Part shown: positions 41,780 to 61,090 of the stretch, in pieces
Numbering within the stretch: the stretch's first letter is position 1
Layout: the number at the start of each line of letters is the position of its first letter
Assembly (NCBI GenBank): GCA_964016885.1
Contig: OZ024742.1
Span: forward strand, 237,646,001 to 237,710,000
Reading direction: 5' to 3'
Length of the DNA: 64,000 nt
DNA from: Eledone cirrhosa
Taxonomy: Eukaryota
Position numbers and translations under genes: made by a program
Notes under the pieces: generated by a model
Told to the model about the DNA's origin: nothing
What the model saw: the letters and a program-made list of their open reading frames with translations, nothing else
The model's database searches: none

Positions 41780-44700
41780 GTTTCTTTATTAGCCACAGGG
41801 GCACAAAAGAAGGGGACAGATACAAAGGGGGAAGTTTACATACAATAAAAACGTGTAAAATATTATCACAAATGCAATTTAAAAATTAATCGATTTTCCC
41901 CAATAGGGGGAGACATTACATATGGGTAACACATACCCCCGAAAAAAAATGTGCAACCCTCATCTCCAGGAGTACGAAGAGTTTATACCTCTTTCCTCTC
42001 CTCCTCTTTTTCCTCAACCTATAGGCTGATATAGAGAGAAGGCCCATTCACTCGGGCCATTCTCGCCACTTTCACCCACCTTTCATAAAACTTGCTGGGG
42101 TACAGCACTTCTCTCTCCATCCTGATTCTTCTTCCAAAGTGGTATTTGAAAAAATGAAACAGTTGTTGGCCGGAGAGAAAGGTGTCTGACCTCAGCCATT
42201 TCAACCTTGTCCACCATACAACCTCTTTCGCCATAGCTATCAAACAAAGGAAAACCGCCTCTCCTTCGTTTTTGAAGGAGGGTGGCGGTTTCATCACGAC
42301 AATGGGCTCGGTGGTCAACTGGACTGGTCCCACCCGCGACACTAGTCGTTCCACATAGTCCCACAGAACGGTGACGCCCGGGCAGTGTATGAATGCGTGC
42401 GCGACGGTTTCTTCGTCTCGCACCTCGGAGAGATCTTTTTTGCAGGGTCCCTGCCCGGGCGCCCATGTCTGTAGAGCTTGTCTCGAACTGGTAGAGCTCC
42501 TCGGTAGCACTGCCAGGCCAGGGACTTTTGGAAGTTGTCCATCGGTTCCGGGCGGAAGGTCCTACCGAACAGACTGGCCAGTTCGTCTTCCTCTACGCTT
42601 AGAGTTTCACCGAGCACGTCGTCGCACTTGCTGCGGATCAACCCTCTATAGAATGACGAAGTGGAGTCTCCACTGATCGCCGGGTCCGCCTGCCAGAGGG
42701 CTGTGAGCGCCTGAGCACATTCGATGTGCCAGTCGCCCATTTTCGGTCTTTGCTTAACCCAGGACTGCAGCTCGGTCAGCTAGACGAGTCGTGGGAAGGC
42801 TCGCCTCACGAACGGGGCCCACACCGGTTGTCCAGTGAGGAATACGTAAAGATGCCGCAGCCTGAGCGCGTGTTTGCGCATCGTCAGCCACGGCATCCCC
42901 AGCCCTCCCTGGAAGGGCGTTGGCAGCAGATGGATCTTCTCACCAAAGGAGCCCGCTTCTTCCAAAGGAATTGGAAGAGCGCGCGCTCCATTTTGGGGAG
43001 CGTTTTGGCTGGACAAGGCACGACGGTCAAGCGGTAGTAGATGGCGGACGCTATAAAAGTGTTCACCACCTCCGCTCGACCTTTCAAGGATAGTTTGCAC
43101 TCGGCCCACTTCTAGGTGAGTGCAAACACCTTAGCCGACACTTCGTTCCAGTTCTTCTCCACCTGGAGGTCCGGACCAAACCAGACCCCGAGCAGCTTTA
43201 CTGGTCCTTCCGTCCAGCGTCCGAGGACGCCATTGGAAGGCATCGGTTTGCTTCTCCACGATCAGAGTTGCAAACCGATGGACTTGTCCCGGTTCAGCTT
43301 CGCTCCTGTGAACCTTTCGTATTCCTTCAGTAAGGTGCCGACTTCCTCGATTTGCGAGGCGCTCGACACCATTACTGTCACGTCGTCGGCGTAGGCCGAC
43401 GCCGCATTCCGCAGTCCCGGTTCCAGAGTGATGACCTGCAATAGCTCCAACTTCCGCAGTAGTGGCTCGAGAGTCAACACGTACAGAAGGGAGGAGAGAG
43501 GGTATCCCTATCGAATGGATCGCGTGATATGGAACGGCTCCGAGAGGTAGCCGTTCACCTTAACCCTTGAGCAGATGTTGCTGTTATGCATTGCAGCAAT
43601 CCAGCCCCTGAACACGGGTCCGAAGCCTGCCGCCTCGAGCACCGCATCCAGGTAACGATGGTCAACCCTATCGAAAGCCTTAGACTGAACCAAGTTGATC
43701 AGGGCCCTACCTAAACCGGGTTTACACCCTACTCTCTCTATGATGTATCGCACGAGGTGGAGGTTGTCGTGTGTTGACCTGGTTGGGATTGCGCATGTCT
43801 GCGCTTCTCCCACCAGGTTCTCGACGACAAGCGCCAGCCTCTTTGCCAACACCTTGGCCAAAATCTGTAACTCTGTGTTTAGCAGAGTTATGGGCCGGAA
43901 GTTGCCTATGTCATCCCCCTTCTTCTCGTCCTTCCTGACTAGTGTGACTACGCCCCCGGTCACAGAACTGGGAATTCTCCCGTTCTGTTGCCAGTTGCAG
44001 TAGACCGCTTCCAGGAGACCGGAGAATAAGTCCGGCATTGCTACGTAAAATTCGTAGGGTAGACCGTCGAGACCTGGAGATTTGCGTTTGCCGCATTGGC
44101 TCAACGCGTCCGCTACCTCAGCGGCTGAAATCGGCTTTTCGCAGAACTTCACCTCGCTGTCTGAGAGTCGCAGTAGGCCGTCGAGGTATGGACCGAAATC
44201 CATAGCCCCTCCCGGCGCGCCGCCCTGCCCGAACAGCTGAGCAAAGTGCCGCTGAAAGGCCGCACACATCTGCTTCGGCTCACGTATCACGCGTCCGTTT
44301 TGGTCCTTCAAAGACCGAATCGTGGACTTGTTGCCACTTTTTGCCTCCGTCACTCGGCCCAGCTAACAGCTTTGGCACCCTTGTTTTCCAGAGCACGTAT
44401 TTTGCTTCTGACAACGCAGCCCTCATGCTTTGCGTCGAAGAACTGATCCAAGGCCGTTCTCGTTGCTAGCACGCTGGCTACGTTGCCACTTCTAATTGCC
44501 TCTTCTACTTTATCTACCAGTTCTTTCTCGGTTCTATTTCTATCTAACGCTAATTCTTTACTAAAAACTAACGAGTCTAATCTAACTGCCCTCTTGAGAG
44601 AGTACCACCATCTGTTGTTGACAATGGCCCCTGTCAAGTGCTGTTTAACTAAAGTGCTAATCCGTCTACTGTAGGCTTTGCATGTCGGTAACGACAAGTT

Positions 44701-46870
44701 CAGCTTCCAGTAGCCGTGTCCTTGTCTATGGGTTCTATCAAGGTTGACCATGCAGGTCACTAGTTTGTGATCTGAATAGGCAACCATGAACATTTGTGAA
44801 CAGCTTAACATGTCCCTCTCCTTATTTCTAACTAGAACCCTATCTAGGTACGATCTAGATGTTCCGCTAAGATTAGTCCACGTCCACAGTGGCACAGTCG
44901 GAAAATCTAGTCGATATCTATCGGCCAGGTCAAATCGGCCGATTAACTGTTTGAGGATGTTACACCCCTTTATCGGGACATTCTCCCACATAGTCCCAAC
45001 GTGCATCTAGGATTCCATTCCAGTCCCCCACTAAAAGCAAGGAGCGGGACGTTCCCAGAAAAGTCTCTAGACGTTTGAAGAAGTCTGGCCGCGGTGTCCC
45101 GGTTGGGACATATGTGGCCACCAGCCTGAAGGCTCCACCTTCTCTACCGTCAACGTCTAGGACCACCAGTCGACCCTTTGGGTCCAGATGTACCGTCTGT
45201 GTTACGAGGCCCAGGTGTTTCCGCAGCAAAACGTCAAACCCGCCCCCACCCCCCCGGCTGACAGAGAGATGCGTAGACCTCAAAGTTATCGAAGATGGGG
45301 GCCAGCTGTGGCTCGCTGCGGATCCTGGACACGCAAATGGCTACTACATCCATACTGTGCTACCTGAGGTCGTTTAAGAGTTTGCCCTGTTTCCAGGGCA
45401 TCCCCAGGCCGCGTACATTCGCACACCCAACTCTTATATTGGCCATGTTGATTCTGAAAGTTAAAAGAGGAGAAGAAAACACTCACCTTTTCGTCTCCCG
45501 GGGATCAGGCCGCACGGTTTCCATGGGGGTGTTAGAGGAGTTGTCTGGGTGGGTGGTGGTTTCCGACGGGGTGGGGACGGAGATGTTGATGGGGTTGAGG
45601 TGTCTGGGGTGGGTGTGTCTGGGGTGAGGGTGGGGAAACTTTTTAAAAGGACGCGGTTAATGGGTTTAACACAAGAATTACCCACGTCCTTAGGAAAGTT
45701 TTCCTTTAAAGACTTATACGTGTCCGTAGGGACCCTAATTATCTTTAAATTAGGTTTGTCTACACAGTTCGAAAAAGTTTTCCCTTCGGTTTTCACCGAA
45801 GGGTCGTTGGAGATGACCTCCATTAAAGTTTCGTTTTTACTGTTTATGTATGTGTAATGTTCTTGTTGTGTTGCGGTGGTTTTTGTCTGTTTTCTTTTGG
45901 GAGCTTTCGTTTTGTTGTAGGTGTTTGTGTTTGGAGTGATGTCGTGGTTTTGTTTTCGCGACAGGGGGGTTTTGTTTGTAATGTTTGTGTTGGTGGTTGT
46001 ATGTTTGTAGTGATGTTTGTTGTTTTTTTGTTCTTGTGGTCTCTTTTCTTCTTTCTTTTCGAACGGAGAGGCTCTCCTCATCATCACTTGGTGATGTGTG
46101 GGGGCCTCGTCCGTTGTGGTTTCTGTGTTATTTGGAAGGGGTATGTTTTGGGGAGCTGTTGTGTTTGTGGGTGTTTTTGCAGTGGTTTTAGGTGGAGTGG
46201 GGTTGGGTGGGACTGTGCTTGCAGGTTGGTTTGTTGTTCTTTTTTTGGTTGTGTTTGCGTGTTGTTGTTGTTGTTGGTGGTGTGGTGGTGGTGGTGGTGG
46301 TTGTGTTGTTGTTTTGGGTGTTGGCAGTAGTACCTCTTTTTTTTTTTTTAGTTAACTGATGACAGTAAGCCTTCAGGTGACCACTGCTCAAACAGTGGTA
46401 GCATGAAGGCCGCCTACCCTCAACAGAAATGTTTATGTGTGAAATTCCACCCAGAGGCACATGTTGGGGGTATTTTAGCTATCCGTTCTGGCCTCATTTG
46501 GACCAGAACTTCCATGCTTGTACCATTGAATGTGCCTCTGGAGGATTTCCCACCGAAATGATGGTGTCTTCGTCGAAATCGATGAAGCCAGTTAGAATCC
46601 ACCAGACGTTTACATTTGGTGCAATGTTCACAATTTTTATTTTTTTAGTTCTTTTTCCCATATATGTGGGGGAAAAAAGTGTAAAGGGGGGACACAATCG
46701 GCGATACAGAATATGCTGTCAATTGGTCTTTCAACAACACCGAAATGCTTCCAAAAAGTTTCCCTTTTTGGATGAAGGCAATATATATAGATAGATAGTT
46801 TTTACAATAGCAATTTGAGAATGATGTAGTTTTCTTAGGTGAATTTCGGATGAGTGTTTGGAAGATTGTT
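41780..46870 (-). mobile_element. Tx1/L1-clade non-LTR retrotransposon, copy 2 (5'-truncated ORF1; ORF2 spans APE, RT and CCHC but is frameshifted)
   Basis: Knuckle CYHCLSSGHLKAYC; APE ORFs 44960-45283 and 44350-45006; RT 43508-44353 and SAYADDVTV (43262-43480); C-terminal EETVAHAFIHCP; 3' AATAAA at about 41785-41790. Confidence 0.93.
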
Positions 46871-47801
46871 TTGAGAGAAGGAGTGGGGGGCGGGGGTAGG
46901 AACTAATACTACTTGATTAAAATGACTGAAAAACTGAAGGAAAGAAAGGAAGAAATAATGAATGAATGAAAAAGAATAAACGAAAAAGAAAAAGAAGGAA
47001 AGAATGAAAAAGAGAGAATGGATGAAATAAAGAATAAAAAGAATGTAAGAAAGGGGAAAAAAGCAAGCAAGAAAGAAAGAGAAATAGAAAGAACCCCCCC
47101 CCCCCCCCAAAAAAAATGTGAAAAAGTAAGAGAGTGAGAGAGAAAGAAAGAAAGCTAGTGACTTAGATATGGTTACATAGAAAATAGGGCCATTAATCAA
47201 ATGATTAAAGAAAAAAGAGAAAAATAACATTACTTTGATGATAAAGGATAAAAAGAAGAGAGGAAAATTGCGAAGAAACAAATGACTAGCGGTTATAGGT
47301 TTTGTAAACACAGGCACATGTATGGCTGTGTGGCTTCAGCATTTTCCTCACAACCTCTTGGTTTCCGCTCCAGTCAAACTGCATGGCACCTTGGCCAAGT
47401 AGCCTCGTGTACTGTAGTCCCGGGTTGAACAATATCTTGTGAATGAGATACAATTGGCTTACGGAAAGCTGTCTGGAACACATCCAGGTCCTGGATATCT
47501 TTCTTGTATTTAGTACATACAGACACACACAAACACACACACACGCGCGCGCGCACAAACACGCACATACAGATACAAACAAACACGCTTATACACACAC
47601 ACACATACACACTGGTAACACCCATATATATTATATATATATATTATATATATATATTTATAAATTTAAGAGAGTTAATTCAGCGAAAACATCCTGCCAT
47701 TATATTCATCAAAGGGCATCTATTGAAATAAAACTAGCAGGAGGGGATTTTTTACAACCAATTTCTTAAACACCTTTATCTTGTTGTCAACCTTCACCGT
47801 T

Positions 47802-47856
<55 letters not shown>

Positions 47857-48655
47857 TTAATTCCTTTAAATCTTCATCAACACTCCTTCACTCCCAGACT
47901 CATTAATACCACACCCCACACCCCAGACGCATCCAAATATCTTTTATATATAGAGTCACACATCACAACACAACATGATCTCAGTTTGACTATCACCACC
48001 GATGAATGCGAGAAAGTTCTCCAAGAAAGTTAACCAGGAATCTTTAAAATTCTTCCCACCGAAGTTAACAAAGAACTTACTAGATCTACCAACTCATCTA
48101 TATATCTAAAACAGAGAATGTCTGTCTGCTGTCTGCCTGACTCCCTAAAACTCGAGAACCACCAAACCGATTTTTTTCAAACTTTACACATGTAATACTT
48201 ATGGTCGTCTGAGTGGTTTGAGCAAAACATATTTCAAATTTTGAATGCCCTAGGGACTGCATTAGGCGCCGGTAACGATCTCACTCTGTCTTTCTTAGTC
48301 TGTCTTTTTAGATAGATATAACGCTGCGCCCTTATAATATCTGTCTGTATGTCTAGCTGTCTGCATTACGACATTATGACACTATCTGTGTGTGGGTGTA
48401 TATATGTATATAGTGTGTATATATATATAGTGTGTGTAACGTTTTTCAAAATATTTACTTCTGCGTTCACAGATTGATTTTTTTAGTTTCAGAAGATCCC
48501 GTTAAGGGTAAAAGCAGCGATTCTTCGCTTAAACTTTAATCTGTTATTTTAATATATATAATTATATATATATATATATATATATAAAGGACGTAAAATA
48601 AGAAAATATTTTTTTTTTTAAATTAAAAAAAAATTTTTTACTTACTTAAATTTTT

Positions 48656-48737
48656 ACTCCAACTAATTAGTTTCTGCAATGGGATAAAGACAGTTACGTA
48701 ATCCAACTGTCGAGAATTCATTGCGTCATCAGGGAGT
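48656..48737 (-). ncRNA. Minimal type-I hammerhead ribozyme motif with extended stem II
   Basis: Minus strand ACTCC-CTGATGA-C-GCAATG..GACAGTT..AACTGTC..CATTGC-A-GAAA-CTAATTAG-TT-GGAGT: perfect 5-bp stem I, palindromic stem III, GUU triplet. Confidence 0.82.
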
Positions 48738-49004
48738 CTATTCTCAGTTAAGTCTCCAGGCAATGCGCGGACACTGGCGGCTCATATAAAAATAATAATA
48801 ATTCGGTAGATCGAACAGCTTGCGAGGACTGGATTCTATGTACCGAAATTCTCACTGCTTCAAGTCAAATGGCCGATTCTAAAGAATCAATCACGTGACA
48901 CAGAGGCTAGTTAGAAGGAATGGGATGGTAAGATGACTGACGCCTACTAACACCCCAAAAAAAATTTTTTTAGAAGTGGTTTTGGCAAGTTTGCTCGACA
49001 AATC

Positions 49005-49074
<70 letters not shown>

Positions 49075-49248
49075 TTCAAGAGTAACCAATCTTAAAGAGA
49101 GAGATGGAGATAGGAGAGGAGATATGAGAGGAGAGATTGGTGAATTAGTTAGAAGCCAAAGCGTAAAGGCATGTGCTCAATGTGTAATATGCAGTAGAAA
49201 TCAGCTAGGTGGCTGGGTTCATGCAGAAGTTAAGTGCGCAGAGCTGGA

Positions 49249-49720
49249 AATATTCATTAGTTAAGCAAGACAAGACCACAAATTTCACAAGGAAGACATT
49301 ATTAAAAGATTGCCAACATATTTTAGTTTGATGTAAGGAATGTAGAGAATAATATTAATAATAATATTAATAATAATATTAATAATAATAATAATAATTG
49401 TTTCTACTTTAGGCACAAGGCCAGCAATAACCCAGTGCATTACTGGTACTTTATTTTATCGACCCCGTAAGGATGAAAGGCAAAGTCAACTCGGCGGGAT
49501 TTGAACTCAGATCGTAAAGGGACGTAACTATGCTGGAAAGCATGGCGTCCGACCCTCTACCGATACTGCCAATCCACAATAATAATAATGTCCGTTATTA
49601 TTATTAATATTAATATTATTATTATTCTCTACATTCTTTACATCAAACTAAAATATGTTGACAATCTTTTAATAATGTCTTCCTTATGAAATCTGTGGTC
49701 TTGTTTTGCTTAACTAATGA

Positions 49721-49724
<4 letters not shown>
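49249..49724. repeat. About 125-bp inverted duplication with a minus-strand SINE family 1 copy (49395-49577) in the (AAT)n loop
   Basis: ATATTCATTAGTTAAGCAAG...GTAGAGAATAAT versus ATTATTCTCTAC...GCTTAACTAATGAATAT. Confidence 0.85.
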
Positions 49725-49799
<75 letters not shown>

Positions 49800-49807
<8 letters not shown>

Positions 49808-52800
49808 TATATTCGTGTACAGATATTTTTGCATACACAATAACAAAATATAAACAAACGTATTTATTTCACGAGGCTCGACAGCAGCAAAGACAACAAC
49901 AAAAAAGAGAGGGAACGCAATTACATGCTATTGAAAAATCTTAATGGAAAATTATTTGCCTATTCACCCAAGGCGACTTCACTTTTTATTCGATAATCCG
50001 CGAAAAGCAGACAACAAACAGGATAAATTTGGGTTTAAAACCTATAATAACCCTCCGTGTAACCCAGCATTGCTACCCTTCGAAAATGATGTCTTGGAAC
50101 TCGTACGGAGTATCAAATTTCGGAATAGGAGCATTTCCTTCCAGCAGGACCTGAAGAATAGAATTCGTTCTATTAAGGATTCTAATGCCGTGCACGTCCA
50201 TTCCGACAAAACTGGCAACCTATATCAAGTGGAGCGCAGTACTTACCATCAACTACTACATAATGCTGTAACTAAGGATTACCGTAAAACTAATCGGTGC
50301 GTCATCAATGAAATCAACGATGCTGGGTTTAAAATCACCTCTGATCTCAACATCCTGGACCGGACCGAACCTCTGGACCCTATTTCTCCCCACTTTACCG
50401 TGAAGGATCACAAATCCAATTTTCCGAACAACCCCTCTATTCGGCTTATTAACCCTACGAAGTCCGATTTAAGTAGACTTAGTAAAAGGATTCTTGATAG
50501 AATTATACCTGAAATTAGAAGTTTGGCCCCTCTTGCACTGTGGAACAATTCTTTCGCGGTGATTGATTGGTTCAACGGCATATGCAACAAGGAACATTGC
50601 CGTTTTATTCAATTCGACATCAATAATTACTACTCCTCCATCACTTTACCACTTCTCCTTAGAGCTATCAATTTCGCTAAAACACTCACAGTGGTTAAGG
50701 ATTTCGAAGTTGATGTCATCCTCAATGCCCGTAAGTCGGTGATTAATTTCGACGACTCTATTTGGATAAAAAATCCAATAGTACCCTATTCGACATGAGT
50801 ATGGGCGCCAGCGAATCTGCGGAGGTTACTGATCTTATCGGCCTTTTCCTTCTTTTCTCTATCAAGGACCAATTCCCCTACGCGGGCGGTGGTTTGTACC
50901 ATGATGATGGTCTTTTTACTATGACTAAGTGCGGCCCTCGTGCTTGCGACAGGTTCAGAAAAGAACTCACAGCCTTCTTTAAAGACTTCAACCTCTCTAT
51001 ACAGGTTGATGCCAACCTCTCGGTCGTTAATTACCTCGACGTTACCCTAAATTTATCGAACGGCTTGTATTACCCGTATAGAAAGCCGAATGATACGCTT
51101 AATTACATAAGTAAGAATTCCAACCATCCCGCCAGCATAACCAAGAACCTGGTAAGAAACGTTTCGTTGAGGCTTTCCCGTCTATCTACTAACGAGCATA
51201 TTTTCAACGACCATTCCACTTATTACAATGAAGCTCTTGCTCGGAGTGGATTTGTCGATAAGGTAGCATATACAGAGTACGAGAATAGACCTAGAAGAAA
51301 TAGATCCCGTCGCATTATATGGTATAACCCACCATATAATATGGAGGTGGCCACACCATTAGCTAAGATCTTTCTATCCCTTATTACGAAGCATTTTCCC
51401 CTACACATAAATATAGTAACATTTTTAATAGAAATACTATTAAAATTTCTTACTCTACGACTCCTAACCTTGCACATAACATCACAGCTTCAAATTTAGC
51501 TAAACTACCTAGCCGTAGGAACACCTGCAACCCTGTAGTTAGTACTAACTGTAATTGTAGGAATCGGGTTGATTGCCCCCTATCCGGGAAATGCCTCTCT
51601 AGTAACATTGTCTACAAATGTAAGGTTTAAACACTCACGTCCCGCAAGGCCTACACAGGGTTAACCGCCAATAGATTCAAGCAGCGTCTTTACATGCATA
51701 CCCATTCTTTTCGTTACCCTCTAAGAAGGAATATGACGTCACTTTCAGCTTATATCTGGAGTCTAAAAGACAACCACACCCAATATAAGTTACACTGGGA
51801 GATCCTAGCTAGGGCTAGATCGTATAACGGAAATAAAAGACCATGTGACCTCTACGCCACAGACCACATCTTAAACAAAAAATCTGAGGCAATTTCGACT
51901 TGTAAACATAAATTGCACAAAACTTTCCTGTATTACAGCCCCACATTATACCCTAACGGATAGTACGATCTATACGTGGATATTTTACGTCTTGATGTGG
52001 TAGCTAAGTATATGTTATGTTTATACCATTACTTATTTGCATAGGTGAGTATATATAACTTGTATGTTTTGTGAAGGTACGTATACTTTCTCGTACGTAT
52101 ATTTGATTGTATATGTTATGGCGCATATTTTTATATATTCTGGTACATATGCTTTTGGTTATGTGTATGCGTCTGTGTGAGTATGCGGGTTCGTACGTAT
52201 GGTGGGTGTGTGTATATGTGTACTTCATGTTTTGGTTGACGTAGTCTCCGAACATTTGTGTATTTACATGTAGGTATGTGTGTGTGCGCTTGTTATATAC
52301 GTATTTATTTATTTATATACGTTTATTTAATTATTTATTTATTTGTATACACACACACACACATATTTATATGTGCGTGGTTTGTATACCTATGGCGAGT
52401 GTTTTCGCGTATGCTTGTGTATGTACGTATTTGGACGCGTGTATCTATTTATTTCATTTCAATTACCTCTGTATTGTATTTTATTTACTTAATTCTTAAC
52501 TCTGAAGCGGAGAATCATTCGGTTTCCTAGTTAGAATTTTAGTCTACGACTTCAGCTATACCATTTACGTGGTTTTGTCTTTGCGTGCAATTGTTCTCCA
52601 CGCACCACATATGACGTATTATCTTCGTTTTTTTCGTTCATTGCCAGAGAACGTCTCTATGAACCACCTAAGAGAACAATAGTCTACGACTTCTTTTATA
52701 CCATAAACGTGGTCCTGTCTTTGCGTGTAATTGTTTTTCACCGCTCCTATTAATGACGTATTATATTCGTATTATATTCGTTTTTTCCCGTTCTTTGCCA

Positions 52801-52961
52801 GGGAACGTTTCCACGAACCAAAGTATCGTCTTCCTGTCTTCCTCCGGTTGCAACGTTTTTTTTTAATATCCACTTCTGCGTTTACAGATTGACTTTGTTA
52901 GTTTCAGAAGATCCCGTTAAGGGTGAAAGCAGCGATTCTTTGCTTAAACTTTAATCTGTTA

Positions 52962-52968
<7 letters not shown>
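49800..52968 (+). mobile_element. Penelope-like retroelement (Naiad-like), near full length, frameshifted, flanked by (TA)n on both sides
   Basis: ORFs 49944-50798, 50762-51499 and 51694-51963: FGFKT, SDKTGNLY, KDHK..F...PSIRLINP, FIQFDI..YY.SI, MGA, LYHDDGL, NYLDVTL, CNCR..DCPLSGKC linker, IVYKC...AYTG GIY-YIG. Confidence 0.92.
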
Positions 52969-53034
<66 letters not shown>

Positions 53035-53130
53035 CTGTTTATATGCCAACACAAGAGCAAGAATGAAGGGTTCATTCTACTGACATGGCTTTTAAAATGA
53101 GGCGTGTTTGCATAATTGCAAACGAATCGG

Positions 53131-53317
53131 AGTGGATTGGCAGTATCGGTAGAGGGTCGGACACCATGCTTTGAGGCATAGAATTATGGCCCTTGCCTTT
53201 CTGAGTTCAAATCCCGCCGTGGTTAACTTTGCCTTTCATCCTTACGGGGTCGATAAAAAAGTACCAGTAATGCACTGGTTAATTGCTGGCCTTGTGCCAA
53301 AAGTAGACACAATTATT
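53131..53317 (+). mobile_element. SINE family 1 inside a composite repeat (53032-53350)
   Basis: Full head-core-tail; both flanks shared with 20368-20540. Confidence 0.87.
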
Positions 53318-53343
53318 AATATTAGAAAAACTCAGATTACATT

Positions 53344-53433
<90 letters not shown>

Positions 53434-53467
53434 ATAAATGTAATCTGAGTTTTTCGAATATTAATAA

Positions 53468-54778
<1,311 letters not shown>

Positions 54779-55313
54779 ACCGCCGTCTAATGACGGATAC
54801 CAATATGGTAAAATATAAATTTTGAATTAATTTAAAAGCTAAATCTTCTAAACGATTTTCAAATGTAAGTGATGATACATAAATGTACGAGATTTAAACA
54901 CGACTGAAGCGATTAAATATAAAATAATGACATAAAATCACAACTTACTTTCTATCTAATGGATCTGTATGATTTTATTCGTGTTACGCGTGAACACAGC
55001 ACACAACAAGGCAAACTATTTCCATTCATTATACAGGTAATCGATAATTTCAAATCGGTTGTTGGAATAAATTTAAGAATTTCTCTTGTCTGCAATATTT
55101 ACTTTTTCTATATTTTTTCCCCCTGCCACTTGGTTTTGGGTTCTCCTTTATATGTGTCTTCTATAAGAAGCCCAGGCTGACATATGCCTTATATGTGGAT
55201 TTTGGTTGATAGAAACCGCAGAATGACACACACACTCTCACATAAATACACACATATAAGTATATTATATATATACATACAACTATATATATATATATAT
55301 ATACATACAACTA

Positions 55314-55427
<114 letters not shown>

Positions 55428-55864
55428 CACGTGCATTTATATATATATATATATATATAAACATATATACATATATATGATGACTGCCCTCTCGTTATCG
55501 AGTATGGCCATTGCACGTTATAACATTATTAATAATTATCAGTTAATGCTATCGTGTAATGTCTGTGCGTGAAGATATTTTAAAATTGAGTAAAGACTGT
55601 GCACTGAGCCAATCCCACTCTCTGAGCGACAGTAGCTATAACCCGAAAAGAAGAAAATATCAACATCATCAGTAACTACTGAGCCGCAGGTCTTATGTCG
55701 GAGTTATCCCAGTTACCTGAATTGCCTTCTCCTAGAAGAATGCCCTGACAAAGGCTAGGGACCCTTCACTCCCAGTGGTTTAACCACACGATCCAGTATC
55801 CAGCCCGAATATTTCTATGTCCCCGCGCATATACATACACATGCATACGTTTATATACATATAT

Positions 55865-55905
<41 letters not shown>

Positions 55906-56130
55906 CACATGCATAAATGTATATACATATTCACACATTTTTGGATGGCCGTTGACTCTTATGAGTTCTTCCGCCTTTTGTCAGGTTTTGTTTTTTGTCC
56001 TGCAGGGTATCCAAAATCAACCTTCTCACCAAGTATACTTGGTGGGATTGCTGGTTTAGTCGCCGACGGCTCGACGATGCGACAGGTTGTACTGGGTTAC
56101 ATGTTACCAGTAGCACTCAAGAGTGACCCG

Positions 56131-59892
<3,762 letters not shown>

Positions 59893-59902
59893 ATATATAT
59901 AT

Positions 59903-61090
59903 GAGCAGGTGGAATGGAAAGTAAAAAAGCGATTAGTTTAGTAAACTGGAGGGTAGGTGATAGATATGTGGCCAGTGAAGCAAAGAAGTGAGGTAGGGAC
60001 TCCGCTGCTGGTCGAAGCGTCTAAAAATAGATAATTGAAGAGTAATAAATTTTCCTACAAGGCTGACCCTTAAGAAAAAGTCAAAATGGGGAATCTAGTA
60101 ATATGTAGTCTGGCGCCGATAAGGTCCTGGCAGTTGGAGGTAGGGTAGGAGCTATAAGTAGAGTGGAAAGAGAGAAGTAGGATCGAACCTCATGCTAGTC
60201 ATAGAGGAAACTAGTGCTTCAATTAAGCAGTTAAAGGGGCTTAGAGGAAATATATTATAGGGTTAGGTTATCTAGATAAGAGAAGAGGTCTTATACTAAT
60301 CAGGGTGGTACTTAGCGAAGGTACGTAAAGCCTTGTGTTGGCAATTAAACATTCTATCATGGCGAGAGTTTAACAGATCCGAGCCAGTCATAATCTCCAT
60401 TACCTCCATCACACAAAGGTCGCAAGAGCACCTTTCACTTTGGTATGGGCGTGCGAACCTTAACACTGACCAGGAGAGTGTATACTCCGTATCCCAGATA
60501 TTTTTGGCGAGGGTGGTTCATTTACTCAGCCCAGAATTCTTGAATGAATGTGCGTGCACATACCAACTCTTCATAAAAAGTTAAAAGTTGCACCCACATA
60601 CTTATATACCTCCGAATTACTTTTGACCACACACTGGTAAATCATGTTCCTACACATGCACTTTTAATTTAAGGGGAAGTTATTGGGTTGTCTACAGTTA
60701 CAGTGTGCCCGTGCATAATGTCTGGGGTCATTGCTTATACCTGTATTTGGGGTGATATCTGAACTATGGTGAGGTTGTATTAGGTTTGAATGCACATTAG
60801 GTTCATCCGAGAGGGTTAGACATATCCCTGTTCAATGTAGAGGGTTGGCAAACCGTTCACGTGGTTGTTCTGATAGTAGAAGTAGAGATTAGGTTTTGGT
60901 TAGGTTGTATGTTTCTATCAAAATCCTGGGGGTGTTTACTGTTCAATCCAGTTATAAAACTGTTACGGTTAACTGTGGTAGAGTAGGACAGCCAAACCGT
61001 TTTTCTATTCAGGATTTGATGATACCTGTGTGCTGGAGGAAAGCCTTTGTCTAGTATTCTAAAGAAATGTGTGACTAATTCAGTTACCAC
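59903..61090 (-). mobile_element. 3' fragment of another Naiad-like PLE (linker, GIY-YIG relic and 3' UTR)
   Basis: FFRILDKGFPPAHRYHQILNRKTVWLSYS, CNCRQ, YVG, MHTHSFKN...TTLAKNIW; 5' break at (GAA)n 61093-61190. Confidence 0.78.

Noticed and set aside
46780-46800. ATAGATAGATAG as the 5' junction of Tx1 copy 2
   Set aside because: ORF1 similarity appears to continue to about 46870, so it is probably internal and was not counted as target evidence.
51540-52540. Selenocysteine recoding, reported for some Naiad PLEs
   Set aside because: The linker cysteines are TGT/TGC, the nearby in-frame stop is TAA, and the 3' UTR hairpin at 52491-52538 lacks a clear SECIS core.
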